Source of the DNA: Candidatus Bipolaricaulis sp.
GTDB lineage: Bacteria > Bipolaricaulota > Bipolaricaulia > UBA7950 > UBA9294
Direction: 5' to 3'
DNA length: 36,366 bases
NCBI GenBank assembly: GCA_028707055.1
Contig: JAQTVA010000002.1
Coordinates: forward strand, 1 to 36,366
In this document: in pieces, positions 1 through 9,146 of the stretch
How the letters are laid out: each line of letters begins with the position of its first letter
Numbering within the stretch: the stretch's first letter is position 1
Program-made: the position numbers and the translations under genes
Notes under the pieces: generated by a model
Told to the model about the DNA's origin: nothing
The model's database searches: none
What the model saw: the letters and a program-made list of their open reading frames with translations, nothing else

Positions 1-161
1 ATCTCCGCCACGAGCGCCGAACGCTTCAACTCGACGGCCGCGGCTGCCGTCGCGACGTCGTCGAAGATGCGCTCAAGCTCCTGCCCAGTCCCTGCTGGGA
101 CCAGATCCTCCAAGGACCAAGGTCCTGTCGTGTATCCCTCTCTCGCTGTGCGTTGCGTCAT
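1..161 (-). CDS. 5' end (53 codons) of a CDS that runs off the left edge. It may be an M3/PepF-type oligoendopeptidase, but the function cannot be supported from this fragment.
   Basis: ATG at 161-159 with GGAG (revcomp of 167-170) 5 nt upstream. Hand translation MTQRTAREGYTTGPWSLEDLVPAGTGQELERIFDDVATAAAAVELKRSALVAE is open to position 1. It is missing from the ORF track because it has no stop inside the window. GC is backbone-like. Confidence 0.4.
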   Translation of the reverse strand, partial: MTQRTAREGYTTGPWSLEDLVPAGTGQELERIFDDVATAAAAVELKRSALVAE

Positions 162-621
162 AGAATCTCCTCTTCTGAGTTCGGTGCGATCCGCATGTCG
201 ATGCCTTGACCAGCGAAGGGGTCAAGATCGAGATGCGGTGCACGTGTCTTGCGGGAGGAGCGACCCACGCAGCGGATGAGTCGAGGGGTTCTAGAAGAGG
301 TTCTCTTCTCGGGCTGCGAGGGTAGCTTCCGACTCCGTAGTTGCAGTTCTGATCGTCGACATCACTACCCTCCTTTCTCTCGCGAGGCTGAGCAGCAATG
401 AGCGCGCCATTCGAGAGTGCGTTTGACAGCAATCAGTATAGAGGCACCCAAGAAGCGGCACAAGAGGCGGCGACAGATCGAGGCGATCCTGCCCCGACAG
501 TTGGCGAGTCGCACGCCGCGGGTTGCACGGCAATGTACGAGAGTGCAGGCGCCGGGAGATATCGCGGAGATCTCAGCGTCGATCGAGTGCTGCGCGTCCA
601 GAGTACGGATAGACTGAGTCC

Positions 622-2187
622 GTGACGCTCGCACTCACAGGGGCCGACCGCGTCCCCGGTGGGCCATCTGGACGTCGCCGAGTGCTTCGGAGCATTACTG
701 AATCTAAACAGGCCTTTCGTCCTCTCAGCGACCTGGTCGTCTGCTGGCGACGGCTTGCCCCTAGGTTGGTCGCTGCCGGAGAGGGGAGGGTAGACTGGGT
801 TCGCACGTACGCCAAGTACCGTGCACTTGGTCGGGGGAAGAGAGTGCCAGCAAACCTGAGAGGGAGTCTCTACTATCTCGGTGCGATGCTAAGGGGGGCG
901 GCGTGGCGCCGCCACCTCCGGGAGACTAGGGCTGCTGAGCATGAAGAGGTATCCTTGCAGTACCTGAAGGAGACGATCCGTCACGCGGTCACGCATGTTC
1001 CGTACTACGCATCGCTCGGGCTACCGCCGACAGCCGACATATCAACCTTCCCCATACTGACGCGGCGGCTCCTGCGTGAGCACTATGCGGATCTCCAGAG
1101 TCGCGACCGAGGAAGGCGAGGCTGGTCGAAGGCGTGCTCAGGCGGCTCAACGGGCGAGCCTGTCTGGGTTGTTCGTGATCGCGGCTTTCGGCACTGGGAT
1201 CACGCCGCTGACATGTACTACCTCAGCATTCTTCTCGGAATGCCGATTTCCTACTACCTTAGCCACCATCGCTTGTCCCTCTGGCACCGTCGCGGACGAA
1301 GCCGCTCTTCGCTGTCGCCTGTTGACTGGGCCGCGGGGCTTCTCAAGCAGTGCACGTACCTCGAACCCTACACGGTGACCTCCGATGAGACACTGCTGCG
1401 TGACATCGGCACACTCAATCGTACTCGCCCTGTCGTGATCTGGGGGTATGCGAGTTCACTTCACCAGCTTGCCCGATTTGCCGGGCAGCGGAGTATCCCC
1501 CTCCACCGCCCGCGGTTCATCATCTCGTCCGTCGAAATGCTCTATCCCGCGATGCGTGAAGCGATTGCGCAGGCATTCGGGTGTCCCGTGTACGACAACT
1601 ACGGCGCCACCGAGGTGGGACGAGTCGCCGCGGAGTGCACGCGCGGTCGCCTTCACGTTTTCACCTTCAACAACCATATCGAGGTCCTGGATCCTGCGGG
1701 GCGTCCAGCCGCCCCGGGGGAAGAGGGTCGCTTGGTCATCACACCTGTGCACAACCGAGCGATGCCCCTCCTTCGCTACGACATCGGAGACCTGGCCCGC
1801 GTGAGCAAGGACGACTGCCCGTGCGGCAGCCCCCTGCCCGTGCTCGGCAAGATCACAGGCAGGGTGATCGAGCGCTTCGTGACGGCGGACGGTAGGACCG
1901 TCTACGGCGGCTACTTCATCGCCATGTTCTACGAGCACGAGTGGATCTCGGAGGTTCAGGTGCTGCAGCAGGATGTGGACCTCATCACGATCTACTACCG
2001 GAAGATGCCCGGGTGCGTCATTCCCTCGCAGGCGATGGCGCAGATCGACGACGCGGTGCGCGAGGTCATGGGCGCGAGTTGCCGGATCGAGTGGCTGGAG
2101 GTCGACGCCGTCCCGCGGACGCCGATTGGCAAACACTTGCACGCACGCAGCCTGGTGTGGGAAGAACGCCAGCGTCGGGACATGTGA
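622..2187 (+). CDS. Adenylate-forming ligase of the phenylacetate-CoA ligase / CapK / coenzyme F390 synthetase family.
   Basis: Phosphate-binding motif SGGSTGEP, a later NYGATEVG motif, and overall PaaK/CapK-like layout. The start is uncertain: GTG 622 gives 521 aa and ATG 886 gives 433 aa, closer to typical family size. GC and GC3 are lower than in the backbone genes. Confidence 0.75.
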   Translation: MTLALTGADRVPGGPSGRRRVLRSITESKQAFRPLSDLVVCWRRLAPRLVAAGEGRVDWVRTYAKYRALGRGKRVPANLRGSLYYLGAMLRGAAWRRHLRETRAAEHEEVSLQYLKETIRHAVTHVPYYASLGLPPTADISTFPILTRRLLREHYADLQSRDRGRRGWSKACSGGSTGEPVWVVRDRGFRHWDHAADMYYLSILLGMPISYYLSHHRLSLWHRRGRSRSSLSPVDWAAGLLKQCTYLEPYTVTSDETLLRDIGTLNRTRPVVIWGYASSLHQLARFAGQRSIPLHRPRFIISSVEMLYPAMREAIAQAFGCPVYDNYGATEVGRVAAECTRGRLHVFTFNNHIEVLDPAGRPAAPGEEGRLVITPVHNRAMPLLRYDIGDLARVSKDDCPCGSPLPVLGKITGRVIERFVTADGRTVYGGYFIAMFYEHEWISEVQVLQQDVDLITIYYRKMPGCVIPSQAMAQIDDAVREVMGASCRIEWLEVDAVPRTPIGKHLHARSLVWEERQRRDM

Positions 2188-2658
2188 CCGGTCTGCTTCT
2201 TGAGGGGCCGGCCGAGGGGTCTGTTCTTGGGGCGGAGGAGCCGAGGGCGTAATGGGATAGCCCGGGGACCGTGAGTCGACAGCACTCCCCACGAGCCCGT
2301 CCATGCGCAGCTCCGCCACTGACTGCACTTCGACGGCGGGACTGCTGTTCGGGACGCTGTCTATGGAATGGTGGAGCCTGGGGGACTCAATGTAGAACGC
2401 GTGTGACCATCGCATCATACTGAGCAATGCTCGCACGCGCTGTGTCGCCAAAGCCGCAAGCTGGTCCGGATACAGAGCTGCCAGCAGGTTCGGGTGATTT
2501 CGGGGTTGGTCGCTCAATGCGGGCGCATACCGGTTCTTGCCCATGGCCCAGTGTCAAGGGGCCGCATCGAGAAGGTGCTAGACTCTCTCCAGGTGTGGGC
2601 CGGAAGGCGGAGACGGGTCGAGCGCCCGCTGGGCCGGAGGGACAGGGAGGTGTCTCCC

Positions 2659-3393
2659 ATGCGTGTTTGGCTCCACGAGATGGCAGGCAATGAGACCGGG
2701 TGGATGGCCTGGTGTCTTGATCTTCACGGGTTCGCGACATGGGCGAGCAGCGAGGCTGAGGTTCTGGGCAGAGTGCCGGCCAGGCTCGCGGAGTATCAGA
2801 GCTGGCTAGCCGAGCACGTGCTGGCGTGTCCCGAGATGGGAGGCGATGTTCAAGTCGTTGAACGCGTTCGGGGCAACGAGATCCTATTCTCGTGGGACTA
2901 CGCACCATGTGGGGCGGACGAGATCGATCTCACCCTGCGCCTACTGTCTGCGTCTCGCAGCGATCTTGTGAAGACGATTGAGGTTCTTCCAGAAGCAGCC
3001 CTGGACTGGGATCCGCCCTATCAAGCCTTCGCAGAGTGGGCCACGTGGAGAACCATCCGGGCGATTCTGGCACACATAGCGAATTGCGAGACGCACTACT
3101 ACCTCAGCGCGGTCGGCCACGAGTCTCAGCTTCCACCTGCTTCGCCCGATGGAGATTGGGCCACATTCCTTGTCGCTCACAGGGAGGAAGCAGTCGCCTT
3201 CCTGCGCCAGCTAGCGGCCTCGCCGGACCGAGCGCGTGTCTGTTTCGGCGATGACGGTGGTTGGTCAGTTCGCAAAGTGCTGCGCCGCCTGGTGTGGCAT
3301 GAGCGACTCCACTGGAAGAGCATTCGTCGCATCGGACGGGACTTCGAGTGCTGCACCCGCCCCGGGGGAACTGGCGCGTCGCCGACTTCGTGA
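2659..3393 (+). CDS. Fusion protein with a HicB/UPF0150-like N-terminal domain and a DinB-family four-helix-bundle domain.
   Basis: ATG 2659 is preceded by GGGAGG (2645-2650). The N-terminus WLHEMAGNETGWMAWCLDLHGFATWASSEAEVLGRVPARLAEYQSWL has the HicB-like pattern. The C-terminal part has His-containing DinB-like motifs (AHIANCETHYY, WHERLHW). The track ORF starts at 2494, but that extension lacks an RBS. Confidence 0.6.
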   Translation: MRVWLHEMAGNETGWMAWCLDLHGFATWASSEAEVLGRVPARLAEYQSWLAEHVLACPEMGGDVQVVERVRGNEILFSWDYAPCGADEIDLTLRLLSASRSDLVKTIEVLPEAALDWDPPYQAFAEWATWRTIRAILAHIANCETHYYLSAVGHESQLPPASPDGDWATFLVAHREEAVAFLRQLAASPDRARVCFGDDGGWSVRKVLRRLVWHERLHWKSIRRIGRDFECCTRPGGTGASPTS

Positions 3394-3398
3394 GACAG

Positions 3399-3422
3399 CT
3401 GCACAACATCTGCCTTGTGCAG
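3399..3422 (+). terminator. Hairpin directly after the DinB-fusion stop; possible terminator without a T-tract.
   Basis: CTGCACAA-catctgcc-TTGTGCAG, an 8-bp perfect stem starting 6 nt after the stop at 3391-3393. No U-run follows. Confidence 0.3.
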
Positions 3423-3602
3423 TCGGAGTCAAGCTGAGCTAGACCTGCCCCTCGCTGCCGAGTGTGATGCGCATCACGAAGCCCCAAAGGACGCGAACAG
3501 CGAGCGGCATACAGGATCGTCCTCTTCCGGAATCGCCAGGATTCGTGCCTGACGGTGGACAGCACAGAGCAGTTGGCTCGGTCTGCGACAGCCAGATTCC
3601 TA

Positions 3603-3675
<73 letters not shown>

Positions 3676-3687
3676 GGTGTCAGTCTC

Positions 3688-3716
3688 ATTCTACCAGGGG
3701 CGCTCGAAGCGCTCAA
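3688..3716 (-). promoter_or_regulatory. Sigma70-type promoter of tRNA-Ala (TTGAGC - 17 nt - TGg-TAGAAT).
   Basis: On the minus strand: TTGAGC (3716-3711), a 17-nt spacer ending in TGG, then TAGAAT (3693-3688). The -10 box ends 12 nt before the mature tRNA 5' end. Confidence 0.5.
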
Positions 3717-3729
3717 CGAAGTGGGCGGA

Positions 3730-4012
3730 GCGCTGTTCGTTGGGCTCGTAGGGTTCGTTGAGTTGTGAGGAACTGGGTTCGCGGTGCGGGAAGGTCAAAG
3801 GCGTTCGCAGTGCGCGGTGCGCAGTGCGCGGTTCTCTCGGTTCGTTGAGCTCGTAGGGTTCGTTGGGTTCCGCGGGGGCAGCTGCGTCCGTAATCCGTGG
3901 TTCGGAGTGCGCGGTTCGCGGTTCGTAGTGCGAGAAGGTCAAAGGCGTTCGCAGTGCGCGGTGCGTGGTCCGGGAAGACGAGAGGCGTTCACGGTTCGCG
4001 GTTCGCAGTGCG
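3730..4012. repeat. Intergenic mosaic repeat array A, built from GTTCG-containing words.
   Basis: An exact 32-nt internal duplication GAAGGTCAAAGGCGTTCGCAGTGCGCGGTGCG occurs at 3790-3821 and 3934-3965. Modules GGTTCGTTG(A/G)G..CGTAGGGTTCGTTG recur. The 19-nt ACGGTTCGCGGTTCGCAGT (3991-4009) is identical to 9526-9544. Confidence 0.75.
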
Positions 4013-4030
4013 GGGCCCGAGACCGCGTAG

Positions 4031-4050
4031 CGTCGGGGCTTGCCCCGACG
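4031..4050 (-). terminator. GC-rich hairpin downstream of the gmhB-like gene; possible terminator of the minus-strand operon.
   Basis: CGTCGGGG-CTTG-CCCCGACG, an 8-bp stem about 24 nt after the stop at 4074-4076. There is no U-tract. Confidence 0.3.
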
Positions 4051-4073
4051 GCGGCTGTGCAGGCAGGAGAGGC

Positions 4074-4694
4074 TCAAACGCGCGGCTTGGTGAGGATCAG
4101 ATCTACGGCTTCGGCCAGGTCTGCCACGGTGTAGTCGGGTTCGGCGACGGCCTTGCCGTCTTTGCCGGCGAAGCCGGTGCAAACGAGGATGGTGCGACAG
4201 CCCGCTCGGATGCCGGCGAGGATGTCGGTCGTAGCATCCCCTACCAGGACGGACTTGCGCAGGTTGATACCGAGGTCGTCGCGCGCCTTCTCGAGCATGC
4301 CGGTGCCGGGTTTCCTGTCAGCGCAGTCCTGCGCGTACCTTGTGACCGTCCCGCCGGCGTAGTGGGGACAGTAATAGACGGCATCGACATGCGCGCCTTC
4401 GGCCGCGAGGAGCTTGACCATGCGCTCGTGGATCCGAGCGAGGTCATCCTCAGTCAGGTAGCCGAGGGCGATGCCGCCTTGGTTGGTGACGACGACGACG
4501 GGGATGCCGGTACGGTTGAGGCGGGCGACGGCGGCCGCGGCGCCGGGGAGGAGGTTGAAATCCTCGGGTTCGTTGACGAACCCGGTCTGGTCATTCAGGA
4601 CTCCATCGCGATCTAGGAACACCGCGGCCACTTTCTCGGTGCGCCAGGGGTGGCCGCCTTTCGATCGCGATGGGTTCCCGGTGTCTTGGTTCAC
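4074..4694 (-). CDS. gmhB: HAD-IIIA phosphatase, D-glycero-D-manno-heptose 1,7-bisphosphate phosphatase-like.
   Basis: Motifs FLDRDGVLN (DxDG), CPH...DCADRKPGTGM and LVGDATTDILAG. The start is uncertain. GTG 4694 has GGAG 5 nt upstream; TTG 4748 (track) and GTG 4631 are alternatives. Confidence 0.75.
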   Translation of the reverse strand: MNQDTGNPSRSKGGHPWRTEKVAAVFLDRDGVLNDQTGFVNEPEDFNLLPGAAAAVARLNRTGIPVVVVTNQGGIALGYLTEDDLARIHERMVKLLAAEGAHVDAVYYCPHYAGGTVTRYAQDCADRKPGTGMLEKARDDLGINLRKSVLVGDATTDILAGIRAGCRTILVCTGFAGKDGKAVAEPDYTVADLAEAVDLILTKPRV

Positions 4695-4737
4695 AGTAAC
4701 TCCGTATGAACCCGAGACGATCCGATCCCGGTCATGG

Positions 4738-7650
4738 CTACTTGACAACGAGGGTGACGATCTTGTTGGGGACGCCGATGGCCTTCAGGACCTTCTGCTC
4801 GCCGATCCGGGCGCGAACGTCGTTGTCCGCAAGCGCCGCTTTGGCCAGCCGGTCGGCGTCGGCGGCGACGTCCGCGGGGACGAGGACGCGGGCACGGACC
4901 TTTCCGTTGATCTGTACGGGGATCTCGATCGACTCTTCAGCGAGCGCGGATTCCATGTACTCGGGCCAGCGAACCTCGAGCGGCGAGCCGTCGTGGCCGA
5001 TCCGCCGCCACAGCTCTTCGCCGAGGAACGGGGCGAGCGGCGACAGGAGCAGCACGAGGCCGTCGATCGTCTGGCGCAGGAGTGCGGGGTCGGGTTTCGC
5101 GCTCTCGGCGTAGGGGGCCAGCTCGTTGACGAGTTCCATGATCGCGGCGACGGCGGTGTTGAAGCTGAACCGCTCCTCAAGGTCCTCGGTGACCTTCTTC
5201 ACGGTCTGGTGGTAGCGGCGCCAGAGGGCTCGGCCGGCTTCGTCGAGCGCATCGGGCCTGGGGTCCGCGCCGACGGGAGCGAGGTCGTCCTTGTGGCCGA
5301 CGATGAGTGTCCACACGCGGTTCAGGAACCGGTACGAGCCGCGGATCCCTTCCTCGGACCAGTCGATGTCGCGGTCCGGCGGTCCCATGAACAGGGTGTA
5401 CACGCGCTCGGCGTCGGCGCCGTAGCGGGCGATGATGTCGGCGGGGTCGACGGTGTTCCGCTTCGACTTCGACATCTTGAGGCTCGATACGACGAGCGCC
5501 TCGCCGCACTTGGGGCACGTGTCGCCGGCGGCGACTTCGGTCGGGTGAACCCACCCGTGCTTGGCACAGCGGTACGCCGGGTGGCAGATCATCCCCTGCG
5601 TGAAAAGGCGAGCGAACGGCTCCTTGAACCCGACGTGGCCCATATCGTAGAGGGCCTTGGTGATGAAGCGCGAGTAGAGCAGGTGGAGGATTGCGTGTTC
5701 GACGCCGCCGACGTACTGGTTGACGGGGAGCCAGCGGTCGACGTGCTCGCGGACGAACGCGTGCTCCGCGTCCTTGGGATCGATGTAGCGCAGGTAGTAC
5801 CACGACGAGTCGACGAACGTGTCCATCGTGTCGCCATCGCGCTTCGCCTTCCCGCCGCACTTCGGGCATGGGGTGTCGGCGAACCCGGGGATGTCGGCGA
5901 GTCCCATCTTGCCGATCGTCTTCGCCTCGGGGAGGAGCACGGGGAGGTCCTTCTCCGGCACGGGGACCTCGCCGCACTTCGGGCAGTGGACGATGGGGAT
6001 CGGCGCGCCCCAGTACCGCTGGCGCGAGATCAGCCAGTCGTGGAGGCGGTAATTGACGGCCTCCTTGCCGGTTCCGTTCTTTTCGAGGAAGCGGGTGACC
6101 TCGGCCTTGGCACGCTCGCCCGGCGTGCCCGTGAACTCCGCCGAGGCCATCATCGCCCCGTACTCGGCGTGGAACAGCACGTCGCGGTAGAACTTGCAGC
6201 CCCAGAGCATCTCGAGCACGGAGCGGTGCTTTCCGCAGCCGTGGTAGAGGGCCTTGCAGCGACGGAGGATCTCGGCGTCGGCGGCCACGGAGTCGAGGGC
6301 GATCTGCGTGTCCTCGAACGTGAACACGAACCGGTGGCCGACGATCTCGTTCGAGTGGCCGTGGGCGATGCACTCGCGCATCGCGCGGGCAAAGGCGTCG
6401 ATCTGCTTCTCTCCGCGTAGGGTGACGAACAGGCCGTCACCACCCGCCACCTTCTCGGTCGTGTACTCGATCGACAGGGCCTCCAGGCGCCGCGGGAAGT
6501 CGGCGCACACCGACCCGGGCCAGACGAGGCTCTTCGCCACCTCGTCGACGCGGGCGAGGACGGGAATGATCGGGAGTCCGTACTGGACGGCGAATGCGAA
6601 GTCGCGCTCGTCGTGCGCCGGGACGGCCATGATCGCGCCGGTGCCGTACGTCATCAGCACGTAGTCGGCGATCCAGATGGGGATCTTCTCGCCGTTCACG
6701 GGGTTCACCGCGTACCCGCCGGTGAACACGCCCGTCTTCTCCCGTTCGGTCGACAGACGGTCGATCTCCGTGGCGCGGATCGCGCGGTCGCGGTACGCAG
6801 CGACGGCGTCCCTCTGCTCCCTCGTCGTCAGGCGGTCGACGAGCGGGTGCTCGGGGGCGAGGACCATGAACGTCGCCCCCCACAGGGTATCGGGGCGCGT
6901 CGTGAAGACGACGAGGTCGTCGCCGGTCTCGGCCTTGAACGTCACCTCCGCGCCGACGCTCTTCCCGATCCAGTTCTCCTGCATCTTGACGACGTTTTCC
7001 GGCCAGCGCTCGAGCTGGTCGAGGTCTTGAAGGAGCCGGTCGGCGTAGTCGGTGATCTTGAAGAACCACTGGGTCAGCTCGCGCGGCTCGGGCGTCGTGC
7101 CACACCGCTCGCACGCTCCGCCGACCACCTGCTCGTTCGCGAGCACGGTCTTGCAGTTCGGGCAGTAGTTGACGACCGCCTTCTTGCGGTAGGCGAGCCC
7201 GCGGCTGAAGAGCTGAAGGAAGAGCCACTGGGTCCACTTGTAGTACTCGGGGAGGCAGGTGGTGACCTCGCGCTCCCAGTCGAATTGGACGCCCCACGCG
7301 CGGAACTGGTCGCGGGACTTGGCGATGTTGGCCAGAGTCCACGCGCGGGGATGGGTGTTGTTGTCGATCGCCGCGTTCTCGGCGGGGAGGCCGAACGCGT
7401 CCCATCCCATTGGGTTCAGAACGCGATAGCCGCGCATGATTTTCGTCCGGGTGAAGACGTCGCCGATGATGTAGTTGCGGCCGTGGCCGACGTGCAAGTA
7501 CCCCGAGGGATACGGGAACATGTTCAGGTAGTAGAACCTGTTCTCTTTCGCCTGGGTGTCGACGCGGAAGAAGCCCCGCTCCGACCAGGTACTGTGCCAT
7601 CGCTCTTCGATGGCGTGGAAATCGTACGCCTCAACGTTCTTGCCGGCCAT
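4738..7650 (-). CDS. leuS: Leucyl-tRNA synthetase, 970 aa, with an extra insertion.
   Basis: [21 protein letters not shown] (HIGH), KMSKSKRN (KMSKS), CP1 editing-domain motifs ([30 protein letters not shown]) and [17 protein letters not shown]. Confidence 0.97.
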   Translation of the reverse strand: MAGKNVEAYDFHAIEERWHSTWSERGFFRVDTQAKENRFYYLNMFPYPSGYLHVGHGRNYIIGDVFTRTKIMRGYRVLNPMGWDAFGLPAENAAIDNNTHPRAWTLANIAKSRDQFRAWGVQFDWEREVTTCLPEYYKWTQWLFLQLFSRGLAYRKKAVVNYCPNCKTVLANEQVVGGACERCGTTPEPRELTQWFFKITDYADRLLQDLDQLERWPENVVKMQENWIGKSVGAEVTFKAETGDDLVVFTTRPDTLWGATFMVLAPEHPLVDRLTTREQRDAVAAYRDRAIRATEIDRLSTEREKTGVFTGGYAVNPVNGEKIPIWIADYVLMTYGTGAIMAVPAHDERDFAFAVQYGLPIIPVLARVDEVAKSLVWPGSVCADFPRRLEALSIEYTTEKVAGGDGLFVTLRGEKQIDAFARAMRECIAHGHSNEIVGHRFVFTFEDTQIALDSVAADAEILRRCKALYHGCGKHRSVLEMLWGCKFYRDVLFHAEYGAMMASAEFTGTPGERAKAEVTRFLEKNGTGKEAVNYRLHDWLISRQRYWGAPIPIVHCPKCGEVPVPEKDLPVLLPEAKTIGKMGLADIPGFADTPCPKCGGKAKRDGDTMDTFVDSSWYYLRYIDPKDAEHAFVREHVDRWLPVNQYVGGVEHAILHLLYSRFITKALYDMGHVGFKEPFARLFTQGMICHPAYRCAKHGWVHPTEVAAGDTCPKCGEALVVSSLKMSKSKRNTVDPADIIARYGADAERVYTLFMGPPDRDIDWSEEGIRGSYRFLNRVWTLIVGHKDDLAPVGADPRPDALDEAGRALWRRYHQTVKKVTEDLEERFSFNTAVAAIMELVNELAPYAESAKPDPALLRQTIDGLVLLLSPLAPFLGEELWRRIGHDGSPLEVRWPEYMESALAEESIEIPVQINGKVRARVLVPADVAADADRLAKAALADNDVRARIGEQKVLKAIGVPNKIVTLVVK

Positions 7651-7655
7651 GGTGT

Positions 7656-9146
7656 CTAGACTCCTCGTGCGAAGGTTTCCGCTTCGTCCAGCATTCTCGC
7701 GACCTCTTTCGAGGTCCTCATCTCACAGTACATGCGGAGGATCGGCTCCGTCCCCGACGCACGGAAGAGGAGCCAGCCGTCGGCGAACCGGAGCTTCAAG
7801 CCGTCGAGCGTCTCGACGGCGCGTACCGCCTCGCCGCCGAACCGGTCGGGCGGGTTCGCCTTGAGTTTCTCGACGACCGCGATCCGCCGCTCGATCTCGA
7901 TGTCCCGCCGGCGGTACGCCTGTGGACCGAACGTCTTGTGGAGCGACGCGACGAGGTCGCTCGCCTTCTTCCGCGACGTCGCGAGGATCTCGCACAGGAT
8001 CATCGACCACAAGACGCCGTCCCGCTCGGGGAGGTGCCCGCGCATGCCAAGGCTCCCGCTCTCCTCGCCGGCGATGAGCGCGTCGTGCGTCAGGAGGTGC
8101 TCGGCGGCGAACTTGAACCCGACCGGGGTTTCAATGATCTCAAGGCCGTACGCGTCGGCCATCCGGCGAACGAGGTCGGAGAGGTTGAACGAGACGACGA
8201 CCGGCCCGCGCAGGCCGCGCTCTTCCACCAAGTACCGCAGGATCAGCGCGTAGGTGCGGTGGGCGTCGATGAACGCGCCGGTTTCGTCCATGGCGGAGAT
8301 GCGGTCTCCGTCGCCGTCGGTAACGACGCCGATCAGCCGGTGGCCGACGCGCGGTCGACCAGCGCCGGTGGCGCGGTGGGGGCCTAGGGATCGGATGACG
8401 GCGCGGAGCGGGATCAGGTTCTCTTCGAGCGGCTCGGGTTTGCGCCCACCGAAAAGGACGTCACGCGATCCGCGAACCTGAGTGTAGGCCACGCCGGCTT
8501 CGCGCAGGAGCTCGCCGACGTACCCGAACGCGGAGCCGTACATCGAGTCGACGACGGGGTGGATCTTCGACGCCGTGAGCCGGCTTCGGTCGATGAGTTG
8601 GCGAATGCGGTCGAGGTAAGGGGTCCGCAGGTCGACGCGCTCGATCGCCGTGTCGCGCGGCGCACGGGGTACGGCGTCAGGCAGTCGATCCTCGACGCCG
8701 CGCGTGACCTCGTCGATCGCCGATCCGCCGTATTCGGACTTGATCTTGAGTCCGTTGTACTCCGGCGGGTTGTGGCTGCTCGTGAGCATGATCCCCGCGG
8801 CGGCACGGCGGGCGACGACGGCGTAGGAGACGGCCGGCGTCGCCACGAACGTGTCGCTGACGACGACGGGGACGCCTCGGTCCCGCAACACGCCGGCGAA
8901 GTGAAGGGCAAACTCCTCCGAGAGGAATCGCGTGTCGTACCCCACGACCACTCCACGTTCGGCGGCGCGGAACTCGCACCCCCAGTCCCGGTAGATGCTG
9001 GCCGAACGGCGGTCCGGAGAGCGGAGGTAGTCGGCCACAGCGACGGCGACGCGGCCCACGTTGTCGAACGTGAAGTCGCGGGCGATGACCCCGCGCCACC
9101 CGTCAGTTCCGAACTTCACGTCGTTTGCGTCCCCGCGGCGTGCCAC
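7656..9146 (-). CDS. Phosphomannomutase/phosphoglucomutase (alpha-D-phosphohexomutase family).
   Basis: FGTDGWRG, active-site loop [13 protein letters not shown], metal loop DGDGDR and sugar loop GEESGS. GTG start at 9146. It lies 5 nt upstream of leuS on the same strand. Confidence 0.9.
   Translation of the reverse strand: MARRGDANDVKFGTDGWRGVIARDFTFDNVGRVAVAVADYLRSPDRRSASIYRDWGCEFRAAERGVVVGYDTRFLSEEFALHFAGVLRDRGVPVVVSDTFVATPAVSYAVVARRAAAGIMLTSSHNPPEYNGLKIKSEYGGSAIDEVTRGVEDRLPDAVPRAPRDTAIERVDLRTPYLDRIRQLIDRSRLTASKIHPVVDSMYGSAFGYVGELLREAGVAYTQVRGSRDVLFGGRKPEPLEENLIPLRAVIRSLGPHRATGAGRPRVGHRLIGVVTDGDGDRISAMDETGAFIDAHRTYALILRYLVEERGLRGPVVVSFNLSDLVRRMADAYGLEIIETPVGFKFAAEHLLTHDALIAGEESGSLGMRGHLPERDGVLWSMILCEILATSRKKASDLVASLHKTFGPQAYRRRDIEIERRIAVVEKLKANPPDRFGGEAVRAVETLDGLKLRFADGWLLFRASGTEPILRMYCEMRTSKEVARMLDEAETFARGV

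Noticed and set aside
278-297. GAGTCGAGGGGTTCTAGAAG as a degenerate direct repeat of the tRNA-Ala 3' end (GAGCCTAGGGGATTCGAACC), which would mark the distal att site of the low-GC islet.
   Set aside because: Only about 14 of 19-20 positions match, and a gap is needed. That is too weak to claim without a statistical search, and no integrase is present.
2188-2544. The 5' part of minus-strand ORF 1456-2544 (MGKNRYAPALSDQPRNHPNLLAALYPDQL...) as a possible small gene in the ligase/DinB intergenic region.
   Set aside because: The frame only terminates after running ~730 nt antisense through the ligase gene. No RBS or recognisable motif is present. A decayed gene remnant cannot be excluded.
3691-4182. 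ORFs translating the repeat arrays (3691-4182 -, 3784-4134 +, 9116-9826 -, 9563-9847 +) into NEPNEL/RTAHRALRTPLTF-type repeats.
   Set aside because: The periodicity is a property of the DNA words, not of a codon frame. All six frames are open here, there are no starts with an RBS, and the arrays sit between well-defined genes and promoters.
4471-7659. Long ORFs overlapping leuS in other frames or on the other strand (4471-6420 +, 649 aa; 5177-6373 -, 398 aa; 6437-7600 -, 387 aa; 6613-7659 +, 348 aa).
   Set aside because: Their translations are Arg/Pro/Gly/Ala-rich low-complexity strings with no motifs. The leuS frame carries HIGH, KMSKS and editing-domain motifs end to end. Long shadow ORFs are expected at this GC content.
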